From Paecilomyces variotii (lineage: Eukaryota), in assembly GCA_004022145.1 (NCBI GenBank), contig RCNU01000004.1: DNA of 64,000 nucleotides. The stretch is one strand, 5' to 3'. A program made the position numbers and the translations under genes. The notes under the pieces were generated by a model that had not been told where the DNA came from, made no database searches, and saw only the letters and a program-made list of their open reading frames with translations. Positions 33,513 to 46,400 of this stretch are shown one piece after another; position 1 is the stretch's first letter, and each line of letters starts with the position of its first letter.

Positions 33513-35237
33513 ATGTTCGAATCTCTGCTGGACCGCAGAGTGCGGCCAAACGTCCATCTAGGCCTGCCGCCATCATCACTTTTCGAATTCCCTCCCAGCC
33601 CGCATCCTGCGCCTCTGCCCGCTCCTCTGACGGAACGCACTTGGCAGCAGCCCTTCAACATCCCGCCGGCCCTGTACACCAAGTTGCTCGACGTCCGGGT
33701 GCCCATCACTATCGCGTCCGTCTATGCCGTCACCGTTGTCCTCGTGAACCGGATCAACCAGAGTCGGGGATACAAGCCATGGGGCTTCAGCAAGACCAGG
33801 CTCTTCAAGGCCTTCGTCATCCTCCACAATGTCTTCCTGGCCATCTACTCCGCGTGGACATTTGTGGGAATGTTCCAGGCCTTCCGCAATTCTATGCCTG
33901 ACCGCGATGACCCCAACGGCATCGTCGCTGTCACCGATGCGCTCTGCAAGATCAACGGCCCTCGAGGACTCGGAAACGCCGCCATGTTCAACCCGGCCAC
34001 AAGCCGCTGGGAGATGCCCAACCCTGAGTACAAGCTGGCAGAGGGAGGCGTCCCTGACCCGACGGATGTCGGTCGTCTCTGGAACCAGGGACTGGCGTAC
34101 TTTGGCTGGATCTTCTATCTGTCCAAGTTCTACGAGGTCTTGGACACCGCCATCATCCTGGCGAAGGGCAAGAAGAGCTCGACTCTGCAGACGTATCACC
34201 ATGCGGGTGCCATGATGTGCATGTGGGCTGGTATCCGATACGTCGCGTCTCCTATCTGGATCTTTGCGCTGGTCAACTCCGCAATCCACGCTCTGATGTA
34301 TACCTACTACACGCTGACGGCGCTCAGTATCCGGGTTCCTAACCGGGTGAAGCGTAGCCTCACCACCATGCAGATCACCCAGTTCGTCATTGGAACCGCG
34401 ATGGCTGCTATCCACTTGTTCATCAGCTATGACATCCCTGTCACTGTCCCGACTGTCCTGTCGCCTCGTCACAAGGCCACCGCTGTTGCTGCCGCATCAT
34501 CTGCCGCAGAGTCTGGTATCGCAGCCGCCACCGCAGCCGCCGGTAGTCTTGGTCCCTGGTTGAAGAAGCTTGCTTTCCGCGCTGCAGGCGCAGAGGGAAT
34601 TGCTGAGAATGTTCTCAATGCCCAGGGTCAGCACTTTGGTGTTGATGCGGTTCACGCCGCGAAGCTGGCTGAGGCGAGGACCGCCGCTCAGAATGGGCTC
34701 GAGTACCGCACCATTGATTGCATCGACACGAGCGGCCAGGCATTCGCTGTTTGGCTCAACGTGATGTATCTCCTGCCGTTGACCTACCTATTTGCCCGCT
34801 TCTTTGTCCGCTCCTACCTACAACGCAAGGACCCGAGCGCCAAGCAGCCCACGCATATGCAGACTGCCGAGAAGGCCGGCATGGATGCACTGAAGGGTGT
34901 TAGCCGAGAGATTCACCGTGCTGTGTTCGAGATGCATGGCGATGGTTCCTCGACTGAGGAAGAAGGCACCGCGACCCCCCGCACTCAGGCTTACGAAGCT
35001 AGTGTCAAGGACGTCATGAACGCCCAGCAGAAGAAGGTTGACGAGAAGATGTCCAAGACGACATCCGACCCCGCAAGTATCAAGAAGGTCGACGATGAGG
35101 CTGAAGGGTTTTCCAAAGTGCCTGCCAAGGGCCGCGGAAGGCGGAGCAAGAAGGAGCCTGAGACCAGCCCAGTCGAGGGGAGTAACCCCTTTGGCGTCCT
35201 GGAACCAGAGAAGAACGTCAATGGAGTTTCTCCTTGA
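33513..35237 (+). CDS. Fatty-acid elongase, GNS1/SUR4 (ELO) family, Gig30-like
   Basis: Motifs FYLSKFYEVLDT, LQTYHHAG, NSAIHALMYTYY and TTMQITQF. Multiple TM segments and strong codon bias. Confidence 0.92.
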   Translation: MFESLLDRRVRPNVHLGLPPSSLFEFPPSPHPAPLPAPLTERTWQQPFNIPPALYTKLLDVRVPITIASVYAVTVVLVNRINQSRGYKPWGFSKTRLFKAFVILHNVFLAIYSAWTFVGMFQAFRNSMPDRDDPNGIVAVTDALCKINGPRGLGNAAMFNPATSRWEMPNPEYKLAEGGVPDPTDVGRLWNQGLAYFGWIFYLSKFYEVLDTAIILAKGKKSSTLQTYHHAGAMMCMWAGIRYVASPIWIFALVNSAIHALMYTYYTLTALSIRVPNRVKRSLTTMQITQFVIGTAMAAIHLFISYDIPVTVPTVLSPRHKATAVAAASSAAESGIAAATAAAGSLGPWLKKLAFRAAGAEGIAENVLNAQGQHFGVDAVHAAKLAEARTAAQNGLEYRTIDCIDTSGQAFAVWLNVMYLLPLTYLFARFFVRSYLQRKDPSAKQPTHMQTAEKAGMDALKGVSREIHRAVFEMHGDGSSTEEEGTATPRTQAYEASVKDVMNAQQKKVDEKMSKTTSDPASIKKVDDEAEGFSKVPAKGRGRRSKKEPETSPVEGSNPFGVLEPEKNVNGVSP

Positions 35238-35737
35238 TAAACCAAACACGCATTTTATCTGTCAAAGATAGATAAACCCTTACTGAGAGACTGATGATAG
35301 CGAGGAACTGATCTACCCGAAGAAGCAGTTCTTCTGAGGCTCATCAGGCATCCCGCCAAGCAAATCACGGGACTCCGATAAGTAAGTAGGCGGGCCGACA
35401 CAACAAACCGACCGAGTCTCGTTTCGACCTATTTCTTTTCACGCTGACCAGAGAGAACCCGACCCTGGAAAAAAAAACAATCCACGATACGAGCAATGAA
35501 GGACCCTTTCATCGCGTATTCTATCTAATACCGATATGAAAGTCTTTTTTATCATCTTCTTATCTATCCCCCTTTATTATTCGCTAATAACATCAACAAA
35601 TAATTGCTTTGAAAGATCGAAAAGGTGGTATAGACCGGGGAAAAAGAAAAAAAACCAAGGAGGCACGCGCCTATCCCCTTATGTAACTATGAAGATATGT
35701 CAGAAGAAGGTTTTAAGACCGGGAGGGAAGCTGGGTA

Positions 35738-35742
<5 letters not shown>

Positions 35743-35781
<39 letters not shown>

Positions 35782-35786
35782 TTTTT
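35743..35786 (+). repeat. Pyrimidine/poly-T tract between converging 3' ends
   Basis: Run of TTTTC units ending in a T homopolymer of about 22 nt. Confidence 0.8.
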
Positions 35787-36292
35787 AAGAAGTTACTTAT
35801 TACTACAACATGTACATAACATTACTATATGATTGATCCAGAAGATAACAAAATGAGAAAAAAGATAAAGAACACAAGAGAGAGAGAGAGAGGAGTTATT
35901 TGCTAATATAGCTAGAAGTAGAGAAAGAAATATATATATTACTCTTTCTCGTTAACTTATCATGTATGTAAATAAGTAGACAATTAAACTATATTATCTC
36001 CTCGATGGATTGTATGTACAAAGTAGAGCGAGCAGACACTCTCACAACGGCTGAATTAAGTCTTCAAGTTCCAAATCTCAAGTTCTCTAACGCAACGTAA
36101 TCATTCGGTGATTCATCATCATATATGACATGACATGGCATGGCATGACATGAACATCTGAGGTAATCTAGACAGACTTTACAATATAGTAACTATATAT
36201 TCCCCCTTCAGGGGAGGACATGAATATGAGCGAGGAGGTGAAAAAAAAAAAAACCAAGAAAAAAGAAATTGAGATCATCGTAGACACGTTTC

Positions 36293-38267
36293 CTATAGCA
36301 AGAAGCGGAATCCTCTCTGGCTCGCTTGGCCGGGGACACCTCCACCGATGGCGATGGCGCCAGCGACGGCCTCGCCGCGGTCGAGCTTCTTGTTCAGACG
36401 GGCAAGGATGATACGGAGGACAGTGGCGGAGAGGATGGCGATGAAGGCGGTTGCGCAGTTGACGGACATGGCGACAACTGTTTTGGAGAGAGGTAGCTGT
36501 TAGTTATGGAGCAACATGAAGGGGTATACAGGGGTGAAGGTTATGGTCGAAAAGAAGAAGAACAAGGGGGGAAAAAGAGAATGGGAGGTTGAAACGTACC
36601 ATATCTGGGACCAGCGCTGCTAGGGTACATGTAACTGGCATATATACTGCTGGCGTTACTGACAGCGTTGATGGCCGCGAGGGCGGCAGCACGCTTCGAT
36701 GCCGGACGGGGTAGGGTGTTGGAGATCCAGGCCAGAGCCACGACGAAACCGGTATACACGCCAGGAACCATGAGCATCATGGCGAGATAGCGTGGTCCCA
36801 CGGCGGTTGTACAGGCAGCGATGATGAATGCTGCGACAGCCACATACAGTGGAAGGGTGATGTGCCAGTATCGTTCTCCCGTGCGGTCTGCATGCCAGGC
36901 ATTGAGGAAGGCAGTGATGACTGCCAGCACGTACGGAGGGGCCGTGAGGAGAAGACTCTCGATCTGGCCGTATTTAAGGGTCGCGACGACGGTGGGGAAG
37001 AAGTTGGTAACGGAAGCAGAGGAGACCATGCAAAAGACCAGGACCATCTGGGGTATGAGATGTGAGTAGCGGTTTCAGATGGTAGGGGGAATATTTCTTG
37101 TACGCACCAGAATCCACGTCTTGATATCCATGGCGGCGAGCTTGACTCCGTGGAGGAACGATTGCTCCTCGGAGTCAACCCAGTCGTCCTCACCGATATC
37201 TTCCTCTAGACGCCAGGCGGCCAATTCTTTTTCCTGCTCAGTGAGCCAGCCTGTTGTGCGGGGAAAGTTCGGCAAGATGAACATAGACAGGAAGGCCACG
37301 ACGATGGTGATAGCCCCCTCAATGATAAAGAGCCACCGCCTGGCGAGTTCGTCAGTATTGGGGTTTGTCGGTGATGATAATCAATCAGTCCGGTCACTTA
37401 CCAGGCTCGCAGTCCTCTCGTGTAATCCATGTTCCCGGTAATACCGGCAGTTACGAGTCCAGAAAACGCTCCTGAGATCAAAGATCCCGAATAGAGCAGG
37501 GCAGTTCTCAATCCAAGTTCCTTGCGGGTATACCATGCACTTAGGAAGTACAGACAACCAGGCTGGGGACCCATCGTTAGCTTATCTGTCCCTCGTGTTC
37601 CTCTCAGAGGTTCAGCAACATACGAAATATGCAGCCTCGACGAAACCGAGGAAGAACCGCACTGCCACGAGGCCACCATAACTCTGAGCACCCGCCGTGG
37701 CAGTGGAGATGATACCCCAGAGCATCATCGCGGAGGGCAAGTAGATGGCAGGCTTTCCCAACTTGTTCAAGAACAAATTGGACGGAATCTGCATCAGAAG
37801 ATAACCCACAAAGAGAATGCTAACACTAGTCTGTAGCCAATACGTCAGAACCAACTACAAGAAAAATAGATTGCATGACAGAAAACGAAACTCCGGAAGA
37901 ATCTCAACTGGGTGCATACCTGGTACTGCACACTGGTCAGGCCCAAATCCTCTTGCAAACCCGCCAACCTAGCCGCAGCGATATTATTACGGTCCAGATA
38001 GTTCAGGATGTACATAAGAATGACGATTGGCAGGAGACGGGAGTCGATCTTGCGAACGAGCCTTTTCTCAGCCTGTTCTCTCTCTTCAGGGGAGAGGCCA
38101 GCCACATAGAGAGGAGCCTCCTTCTTCGGGTTCGGCTTGTTGGAATTGGCAACGACTCCTCCCTCTTCGACCCGAGAGACATGAGTGGCCAGGTCCTTGC
38201 CATCCTCGTCGATGTCAATCTCGGAGTCTGGGCCAGCAGAGATGTCGTTGTTCTTGCCGACTGACAT
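36293..38267 (-). CDS. MFS transporter, allantoate/nicotinate permease (ACS) family; ~6 exons
   Basis: Motifs RKIDSRLLP..NYLDRNNIAAARLAG, QIPSNLFL, RFFLGFVEAAYFPG, WYTRKEL, AWRWLFIIEG, LLLTAPPY, PRY and C-terminal FRFLL*. Several GT-AG introns. Confidence 0.92.
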
Positions 38268-40237
38268 GGTGGGGTAAACAGCAACAAGGAGGGGTGAGAA
38301 GGAGAGGGGGAGTAGAAACAAGGACCCTGATACCGGCCAGGAGCACACAGAGAAGAAAGGGAGGAAGAAAAAAACAAAGATCAATCCGGCGAGGAAGAAT
38401 CTGAGAAGAAGAAAAGAAGAGGGGGACGACCACGAGGGATTGCCCCGATTTTGTGCGCGGTCGGTTGTCGTCCCCGGATCAATGTCTAGCCATATCCATG
38501 CGACTGTAGACTATGAAATAATGGAATGGAGTAGGGAAGGGGTCTGTGCCGTGGTCGGGGGATGTATAGGATGGAGAAGCCCGGGGCGGACCGCTGTAGG
38601 AGTGGTCGGGAGAGACCCGAGAATCCAGTGCAGCCAGTCAAAACCGGGATCGGGCGCTGTCTAGCTTGCAGAAAAATGCACGGAAAGCGAAAATCGTATG
38701 ACGGCCATTGGAGTTGATTCTGCGAGAGAGAGGGAGAGAGACAGAGAAAATAATATGTCCGAGGTAATAATGATACATAGATAGCTCTCTCCAGAGTTTG
38801 GTACGTGGGGGAGTCTCGTGGGGGAGTCGTGGGGGATGCTCATACTCTAAAGTTCCAAACGGCCGTCTGCCCGGGGAAAACAAAAGAACTCCATACTTAT
38901 TCCTGTCCCGCACTCCACACGAACTGGAAAATACCCCAGAGCTTGGCCGAGAGGTCGAGCTAATGCCGGCACTGACAACGCACCATAACAGCAATGATAA
39001 TGATCACAGAGGCCAGATCGTCACGCACACACACAGAGAACGCGGTACTTTCCAGGTAGTACTTACTTAGAGCTAGCCGGCTCTACAACTCCGGGCCGAC
39101 AGTTTACCGGTGGTCGGGGCTGCCTTCGACGAGCGGGAGAACCCCCGGGGTCGGGATCGAATCTCAAGTCGCTCGGTCCCGGCTAAACACGCCACGCAAA
39201 GTCTCAACTAATTAACTTTAATGCTTAACTGGCTAAATACATCTACATCTGCGGCACTCTACAACGAAGAAACGCCCTTGGAGGCCATGATATGCGAAAA
39301 AATCGCTTATGTTGCTTGGTACGCGGAAACACCACTCTCAAGATGCTCGTTGCCTAGACCTCCATTTTCACCACTACCCGAGGGATCACACAGGATTCCA
39401 ACCAATCGACAGAAAAGAAAGAGGAGACGAAGACTCCATCGCAGTTTCACTTCCATCCAACCAAGGAAAAAACGAGCTGACAGAAAATGGGATACACACA
39501 GGTTAAGGAGCGGTAGGATGGTAGATAAGCCGGTAGACAATTTGCACCGCAACGGCGCCACATTAATCGAATGGAGAAACATGGTCGGGAATAATCAACC
39601 CACAGCTGCCCTGGAAAATGCCACAAAAAGCCTAACATGAAAAACGACGAGATATGCTGCCGCTTCTTTGCAATTTCAAATAGGAACAGACGTGTGAACA
39701 TAATACTGTAAAGAGTTGACAAATAGGAGACAAGAAATGCGTCCACATGAGCGTGAAGGGAGAGGGAGAGAGAGAGGATCCGGGGCTGTGGCGGGCCCGA
39801 AGAGCGGTACCAAGGCCGCCCGGTCAGGAATAAAAGTGATAAGCTCACCACACAAAAGGTGCCGGGTCAGTTTCAAGCTGACTGATAAGAGAAAGATACA
39901 AGATAGATAACTTCGAACCCAACGCTAACAAAGCCAGACTCCTTGGAACAGTAACGCCTGAAAACTCCGAACACAGACGAGAGCAAACGCTTGGTATATG
40001 AGGAAAAGGAAAGAGATGACGCTGGATCCGTCAAAAAGGCGTGTCAAAATTGGTCCAGACGTCGAGGGCCCCGTAATGCTTTTAGAGACAAGTCTAATGA
40101 TCAAGACAAGAACAGTCGCTAGATATCGTAATCGGGAGTGATCAGGAATCAACGATAGGATCATGACAGCAGATCTACAAGAGCCTCACGAATATGCGCG
40201 AGCTTTCCGAAAGACCAGGCGAACGTTGTAAAGTCAT

Positions 40238-42649
40238 CTAGAGAAAATGGGTGTAGACTTTCGACGTCTCATGGACTTCCATCTCCTGAAGATCTCGTTA
40301 GCTCCGACCCGGTGTGCACGGAGGTGTTGACGTACCATCTTGAAGGTATTGAGCTCCTCCTTGATTTGCTGCGCAAGGAGGGGAGTCAACCTGTTGCAGG
40401 TAGCAATATCACCCCGTCGATCGTATTCCCCGCTAGGCCAGGTCTCGTGAAACTGGATACGGGGGCTGAATACGATATTCTTCGAGACCGATTGCGGTGT
40501 GATTGGGGCGCTCTTCGAATCAGGTCCCCCAAACCTGCCTACCGAAAGGAAGTAATCCTCGCCCTCAATCTTCACGGCATCAGCCCGTCTTTGCCCAGCC
40601 CCAGAAGCACGATCTTCAGGAGTGCTGGGGGCGCTGGAGTGTGGAGAGTCGTTCGAACGAGCAGCACTAGACTCCGCTGGCCTTAAGGCCGGGGACGAGT
40701 TCCCAGAATCGGTGCCAGTTCCTATCATCTATTAGTTCGAGGGTTCCATGAACCGACCAGGGTCTCTGAGTGACTTACTCTTAAGGATGCCCTTTCGAAC
40801 AGCCGCGAGAACTTCAGCACGCTCCTTCTCTCCTCCCATAATGCTTTTACGCGATGCTTCACGGAGAGACCCGGTTCTCGAGGTGTCTGTGCTAGCTCCG
40901 TCCGAAGTAGCGAAGACGCCACCATGTCCGTGTGTATCTGGGTTGAAGCCCGTGCCCTTCTTGTCAGCTTCGATGTTCACTATCGACACCTTCGGGGCCA
41001 TTGGCTCCACGGCGATCGGATCTGCAGAGGCATTCACGAGAGACTTGGGCCGAAAAAGCCCAACGAGAGACCGGGTAGAACGCTTCATCCCTTTGCCCAT
41101 CTTGCGGAGCATGATAGATGCAGAAGAAGCGGTCGAGGAGATAGACAAATTGTCCGTAGACCCCGCGAAATGCGAGTAGATACTCTCTCCAAGTCCGCTA
41201 GCCTCTTGTCTCTCTGCGATTTCAGCCTGTTCAGCGCCCAGTTCTTCACTAAGCTGCTGTCTACGGGTCTTCTCAACTTCCCCATCTCTCCTGCCGAGGC
41301 TCTGTTGAGCAGAAACACGTCGCAGCTCGGACGCACTTCCGAAAGAAAATGCCCTCCTTAGACGAGATTTTCCAGACTTCTTTTGCTCATTTTTGGTGAT
41401 GTCTGCCAGCCGTTGAGCTGCAGAACCTTCAGCGGGTTTCGTCTCCTTCTCCTCCTTAGCTGGTGAAGTCGACTTTGACGCATCGGCTACAGGGCTCATT
41501 GTGACCGGATTGGACAATGGAGAAGGGTTGGCCGGCCGTTTGGAGATTTCTGGGGTACGGTGTCCGTTCTCCTCGTTGGCCGATGAAGCCCGTGTGCTGC
41601 TAGCATCGCGTGGAGCCTTGAAATCAACGTCAGCGAAAAAATGACACTGGCGTATGAATCCCCAAGGAACTTACCGAGTGATTCGACCGCGTCGAATGTA
41701 TGCTGTCTGTGCTACCGTTGGCCGAGTGAGATGACCGTGACGAGGGCCGCTCTTCCCTTGAACGAGCACCGGACATGTTGATCAGTGTATTCTCTGGCGA
41801 AGGTGTCTCGCCTCTTAGACCGGCAACTCCAGCGGTGTCGATGGTCGCCCAACTTCTGCGTCTATATCGCTTTGCGAGTTCAGGCTGCTGTAGTCTCTCG
41901 GATCGTGTATCGTCCGCACTGGAAACACGTACGTGGCCACCAGCGCTACGGTCCGGAGACAGGAAAGGCCGCTGCACGCTCGAGGTTGACGAAGCATTCC
42001 CTTGTGTTGTTGAATCAGGTGTGGACACACGACCTACTGGCCCCGACGTCGCGAGAACACCAGCCGAATTGTGAGCCGCAGTCGAGTTATCAGCCCGTCT
42101 GTTCCCACGACGGTAACGGTCGGGGGACGGCTTGGGTGCAAGAACGGGAGAAGAGATGTTCATGAAGGACGATGAAGGGATATTGACGGTCGACAGCGGA
42201 CGCGGAGATAGGTCACCTGCTTGGCGTCTTGAAGGGATGGCAGTGTCGTCTTTGGACATGTAGGATCCAGATGAAGAGGTGGATGCGGTGGATACAGAAC
42301 CAGCTGCTGAGTTGTGCATACTTCCATTGAATGAGAAACTGCCCGACCCTTGAGGAACTGAAGTAGCAGATGACGACCTGCTGTCCAGCCTCGGTTGAGG
42401 CGCCCATGACTGACGGTTCTGGGGGTTTCCGGGCGTAGCTGTAAAGGCATAGGGGGCTACAGGAGCCATTGCCTGATGACCCCTGTGGTTCGTCGAGGTA
42501 CCCATCGTATGGGACACTGATTGACTCCGGGGACTCTGTTGATGGGACGTCTGGGACGGAGACGCGAAGGAACCCGATGAGGAGGAAGGGCGAGTCTGAA
42601 GCATCGTCACTGTCCCCGTCTGTGGAATCGTCTGGACAATGGCAGCCAT
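40238..42649 (-). CDS. BNI4: Bni4-like protein (septin/chitin synthase scaffold, PP1-targeting); ~4 exons
   Basis: Motifs LRRAFSFGS, SIMLRKMGKGMKRSTRSLVGLFRPKS and AAVRKGILK, plus the conserved C-terminus VFSPRIQFHETWPSGEYDRRGDIATCNRLTPLLAQQIKEELNTFKMEMEVHETSKVYTHFL. Confidence 0.82.
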
Positions 42650-43384
42650 GGTGCCTTGTGTTTCGACTACAACCCGAAATATTTCACTTCAAGGCGCTTG
42701 AGTTCTTTGATGACCTGAACCTGGAAGAATACGGGTATGTGTTGATGTGTTGATGGTCGAAGGGGAGAGTCGTGTCCACGAAGCGAATGGCGGAAATGAT
42801 CTGATTCACACACGGTCTGGTCAGTCCATTGTTCGACCGACACTTGAACGGGGGAAAGAGCAAGCAGCATCAGTCATCCACGGTCCGCACAAGAGCAGAA
42901 AACACGAGATCGTGATCCACGGTGAAGTGGTCAAAACGGCGGACGGGAAGTCAGTGGTCCGATGGTTGAGGGTCTTACCTGGCAAAACAATTGTGAAAGA
43001 TTATATTGATACACAATTAATTAAAAAGAAAAAAAAGGAAGAAAAAAAGGCGCTCAAATTTGATGCAAGAAATGAATGTTGCGGAAAAAATGAAGGGTGT
43101 CCAAAAAAAATCCGGACGACGAAGGTAGAGGGGGCTAATGGTTGCGAGGAACGCAAGGCTCCGAACGGGCAGCAGCCAGAGGGAGTTTCAAGCCATGTAA
43201 AGGAGCAGCAGAGAGCCAAAAAGAGAACAGACGCCAATCCGTAGCACGGCACCTCCTCTTCTGATGGACGCAGAAGATGGGCCTTTGGCTGGGGACTAGG
43301 GGGGGGAGGGGAGGGGATGGAGGAAATGGAAAGATAGGAGAGGGAGCAGGAATGGAATAAGATGCCAGGGAGCGACCAGTACGG

Positions 43385-43450
43385 GACTGACTGACTGACA
43401 GACTGAGAGTTGACTGACAGACAGACAGACTGACTGACTGACCGACCGAC
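43385..43450 (+). repeat. (GACT/GACA/GACC)n tetranucleotide microsatellite
   Basis: gactgactgactgacagactga...gactgactgactgaccgaccgac. A second (CAGA/AGAC)n tract lies at ~43592-43630. Confidence 0.85.
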
Positions 43451-46400
43451 GGGACTGGAGGCGGAGACGGCCTTTTCCAGAGCCCGCGAGAAGCACAGGG
43501 CGGGAGGAAAGCACGAAAGCGTGTCTGCTTCCAAAATAATAATACACTAAGAAAAGGTCTCCGGTACGGTATGTATACAGACTGATACCAAACAGACAGA
43601 CAAGACAGTCAAGACAGACAAGACAGACAGATCCACGAGCATCCATCAGCCCTTGGGAGACGTTCGTTAGTTAGGTCGCTCGCTCTCTCCCCTGGCGGGC
43701 CTCGAGGCACAACGCAGGACCCGGTATCAGCCGCGGAATGTACAGACGTCACTTGTTCCAGACAGTCGTCCTGTTCGGTTCGAGTTCTGTGCGGATCCAA
43801 AGATCGCAGATGGAGCTCTCCCGATCGCTACCAGCTAACTATCTCGAGTAACTATTATTATGACTGCATCCAAGAAGAAGAATCCCGACAACGAACACAC
43901 TGCCATTTTTGCCCTTTCCTTCTGTTCTTGCCAACGGCGGAACGGAAAGGAACGTGCTGGACAGCTGTGAGGCCAACGCCCCATTTGGAGGCCCATAGAA
44001 GGTTAGAACTGCCAGTATCACCTCCAAGCCCCCCGTTGGCCACCCCCTGATTCGCCTGGCCGTTCTGCTAGCCTTCTTAGCTGTAACGCCAGTTACTCGA
44101 CCGTCACTTTCTCCTGAGGCCCCCGTGATGGTCGCCTGCGAAGCGACTCTGGCTTCTCTTTTCCACGTCGTTCACCAGCATGTCGACACCATGAAACTGC
44201 ATGCCAGCATAATTGTACCAGATTCCGTATATCTGCGATTCGAGCGCCTTCTGTGGCCGCTCCCGTACCAGGTTTCCCTTACCCGCCAAAGCGGGGGGAA
44301 CAGGCGAGACCTTGGCTGTCACGACTCACGATAACAAAAAAAGAAACGTAGAAAGTCTTCTCTTCCCCTTACGGTAGTACGTAGTCTATCGTCGCTCCAT
44401 CAGGTTCGCCTTGCCATGGAAACTCGTCAAGAAGTATGGTTACCGTTCAGAGAAATAATAGCCTTGCAGCAAGACTGGGGGTTACCGCATCCTACGGAGT
44501 TAGATGTTTTGGATCATCGGAATCGAAAGCTATTTTTTTTTTTTTTGTTATTTATCTTTTTTATTTTTATTTTTATTTTGGAAACCGATGGCCCTGCGAT
44601 TGGATGACTTCGAATATGTTTCAGTCAGCAGTGCTGGCGGGATTGTGGCTAGCTGGTTATCGTTTGCTACCGATTACTACGAGCCTATGGTGTCGGATAT
44701 ACATCGACAGATAGGAGACCGTCGTCAGGTGAGAGACAAGGTCCCCTGGATGTGCGTCATAATAGCTCAAGGGACTTGCCGCGCTTATCCTCGTGCCACA
44801 TCCATGGACCAACCCGGGAAAGATAAGAAAATAGATTTCTACACGCGGCAAACCGTTTGGTTGGGTTATTGGCGCACCATGGAATACTCTCTGGTTCCTG
44901 ATGCTTCCATGGGAATTCTCCACCGCAGAAGAACATCATAGAACAAGAGAAAAATGTGATTTATCTATACGGGTAGAATCGATCCTCTGTCATGTCTGTC
45001 GGCGATAACAACGTTTGATTCACAGTCGCCCTGTAACTAACTACTATCTGTAGATAGATGAGAGTAATTATGTGCAGGTGGGTTTCAGGTATTTTTGGCT
45101 AAGGGTCCGTTCGCGTTACAAGATAGCAGACCGGCTGAGGAGAAGCAACCTATAGTTCCCGTCCCTAGAGTAGATACGTGCGATTACCCTCGATAACCCT
45201 CTTTCATAGGCTGGCAGGCTTCCACGCTTAACCCCTCGTCGGTCTTAGACCAAAGTGTATTAACGACCCTATTCAGATCGTGCGCAACATACTTCAACGC
45301 ACGGTTGGCGCGGAGGATCGCGTCGAGATAAAAAAGAGGACTTGCCATTCCTGTATATTATTGTTATGTATTATTGCGAGATACAAGGATCTTTTTTGAT
45401 CACCGCATTCCCGCTGCGGCACAGTTACCATGACCGAGTCCAAGAGGAGAGTGTGCGAAACCGGAGGCAATTACTGTAACTAGCGTCTATGTTTTCTGTC
45501 GTTGTGAGTTGATGTTCGCATCACAACAATAATAATAACGGGGCGAGATGAGCAGATCATCCGAGCACTCCGCGATTTAGATAATAATCCAGCGTGATCT
45601 TTCCAACCTTCCGAACTCACGTCGCATCGGCTCTTCTTTTCTTCTCGGTGACTATCCTGGAGAGTATGGATCCTGAGGGACGGAGACCGGATACGCAGAC
45701 CCACGCAAGCAGTCTGTTCCCGTGTGATCGACAGGATTGACAATCGTGGGAATCTCAGACTCCGCAGTGACTCGTTGCCTGCAGTCGATCTGACTGCCTG
45801 TCGATGGTCTGTTTGGGCGGTCGCAATTTATCTGTTACCCGCCCGCCGATTCCGCACGCGCTGTGCTTTTGCTCGTCTGAATCTGAAGAACAGATCGAAT
45901 TGAAACTGGCTCCTATCCCCCACAGATCTCGACGAGCCGCTGTTAGAGTACTGAAACGACGCGCAACTTGGCGGTGTAAGGGCTCCGTCTAGCGTCCGTT
46001 GCTCTTAGCGACTTCTTGTTACCCGGAGTTGAGCCACAGGGGTCTGCATGTGCCATGATATCGCTGAAAAAGTCCGCGGGGTAATAGTTCTTAACTAGAG
46101 CAGACTACGGCCTACAGGCTAATTGTGCCGTTGTATCGTACTTCATAGACGAGGATGATAACTGCCCCAAGAGTCAACACAGACCTCTTGGTTTCAACCC
46201 CAGACCTAGATATCGGCAGTTGGACTGAGATTTCTGGCTCGTTTGAGTCCGCCGCTGTGCTAGGATGGGGACGCAAGTTACCCTTTGCCTCCGCAGGTAC
46301 TCGAGTATTACCGTTTCCACGGTGGCACAGATGGCCGCAAGTCAGTATCATACGTGCAATTTACCTGGGTCCTGAAGAGACAAGCTGGTTGCCTACGCAC

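Noticed and set aside
33576..34472. 298-aa antisense ORF over the elongase
   Set aside because: Shadow ORF caused by the strong GC3 codon bias of the sense gene; no protein-like motifs.
35291..35347. Hammerhead ribozyme or SECIS reading of the CTGATGA hairpin
   Set aside because: There is no correctly placed GAAA and stem III for a hammerhead. Ascomycetes are not known to use selenocysteine, and the elongase ends at a normal TGA followed by TAA.
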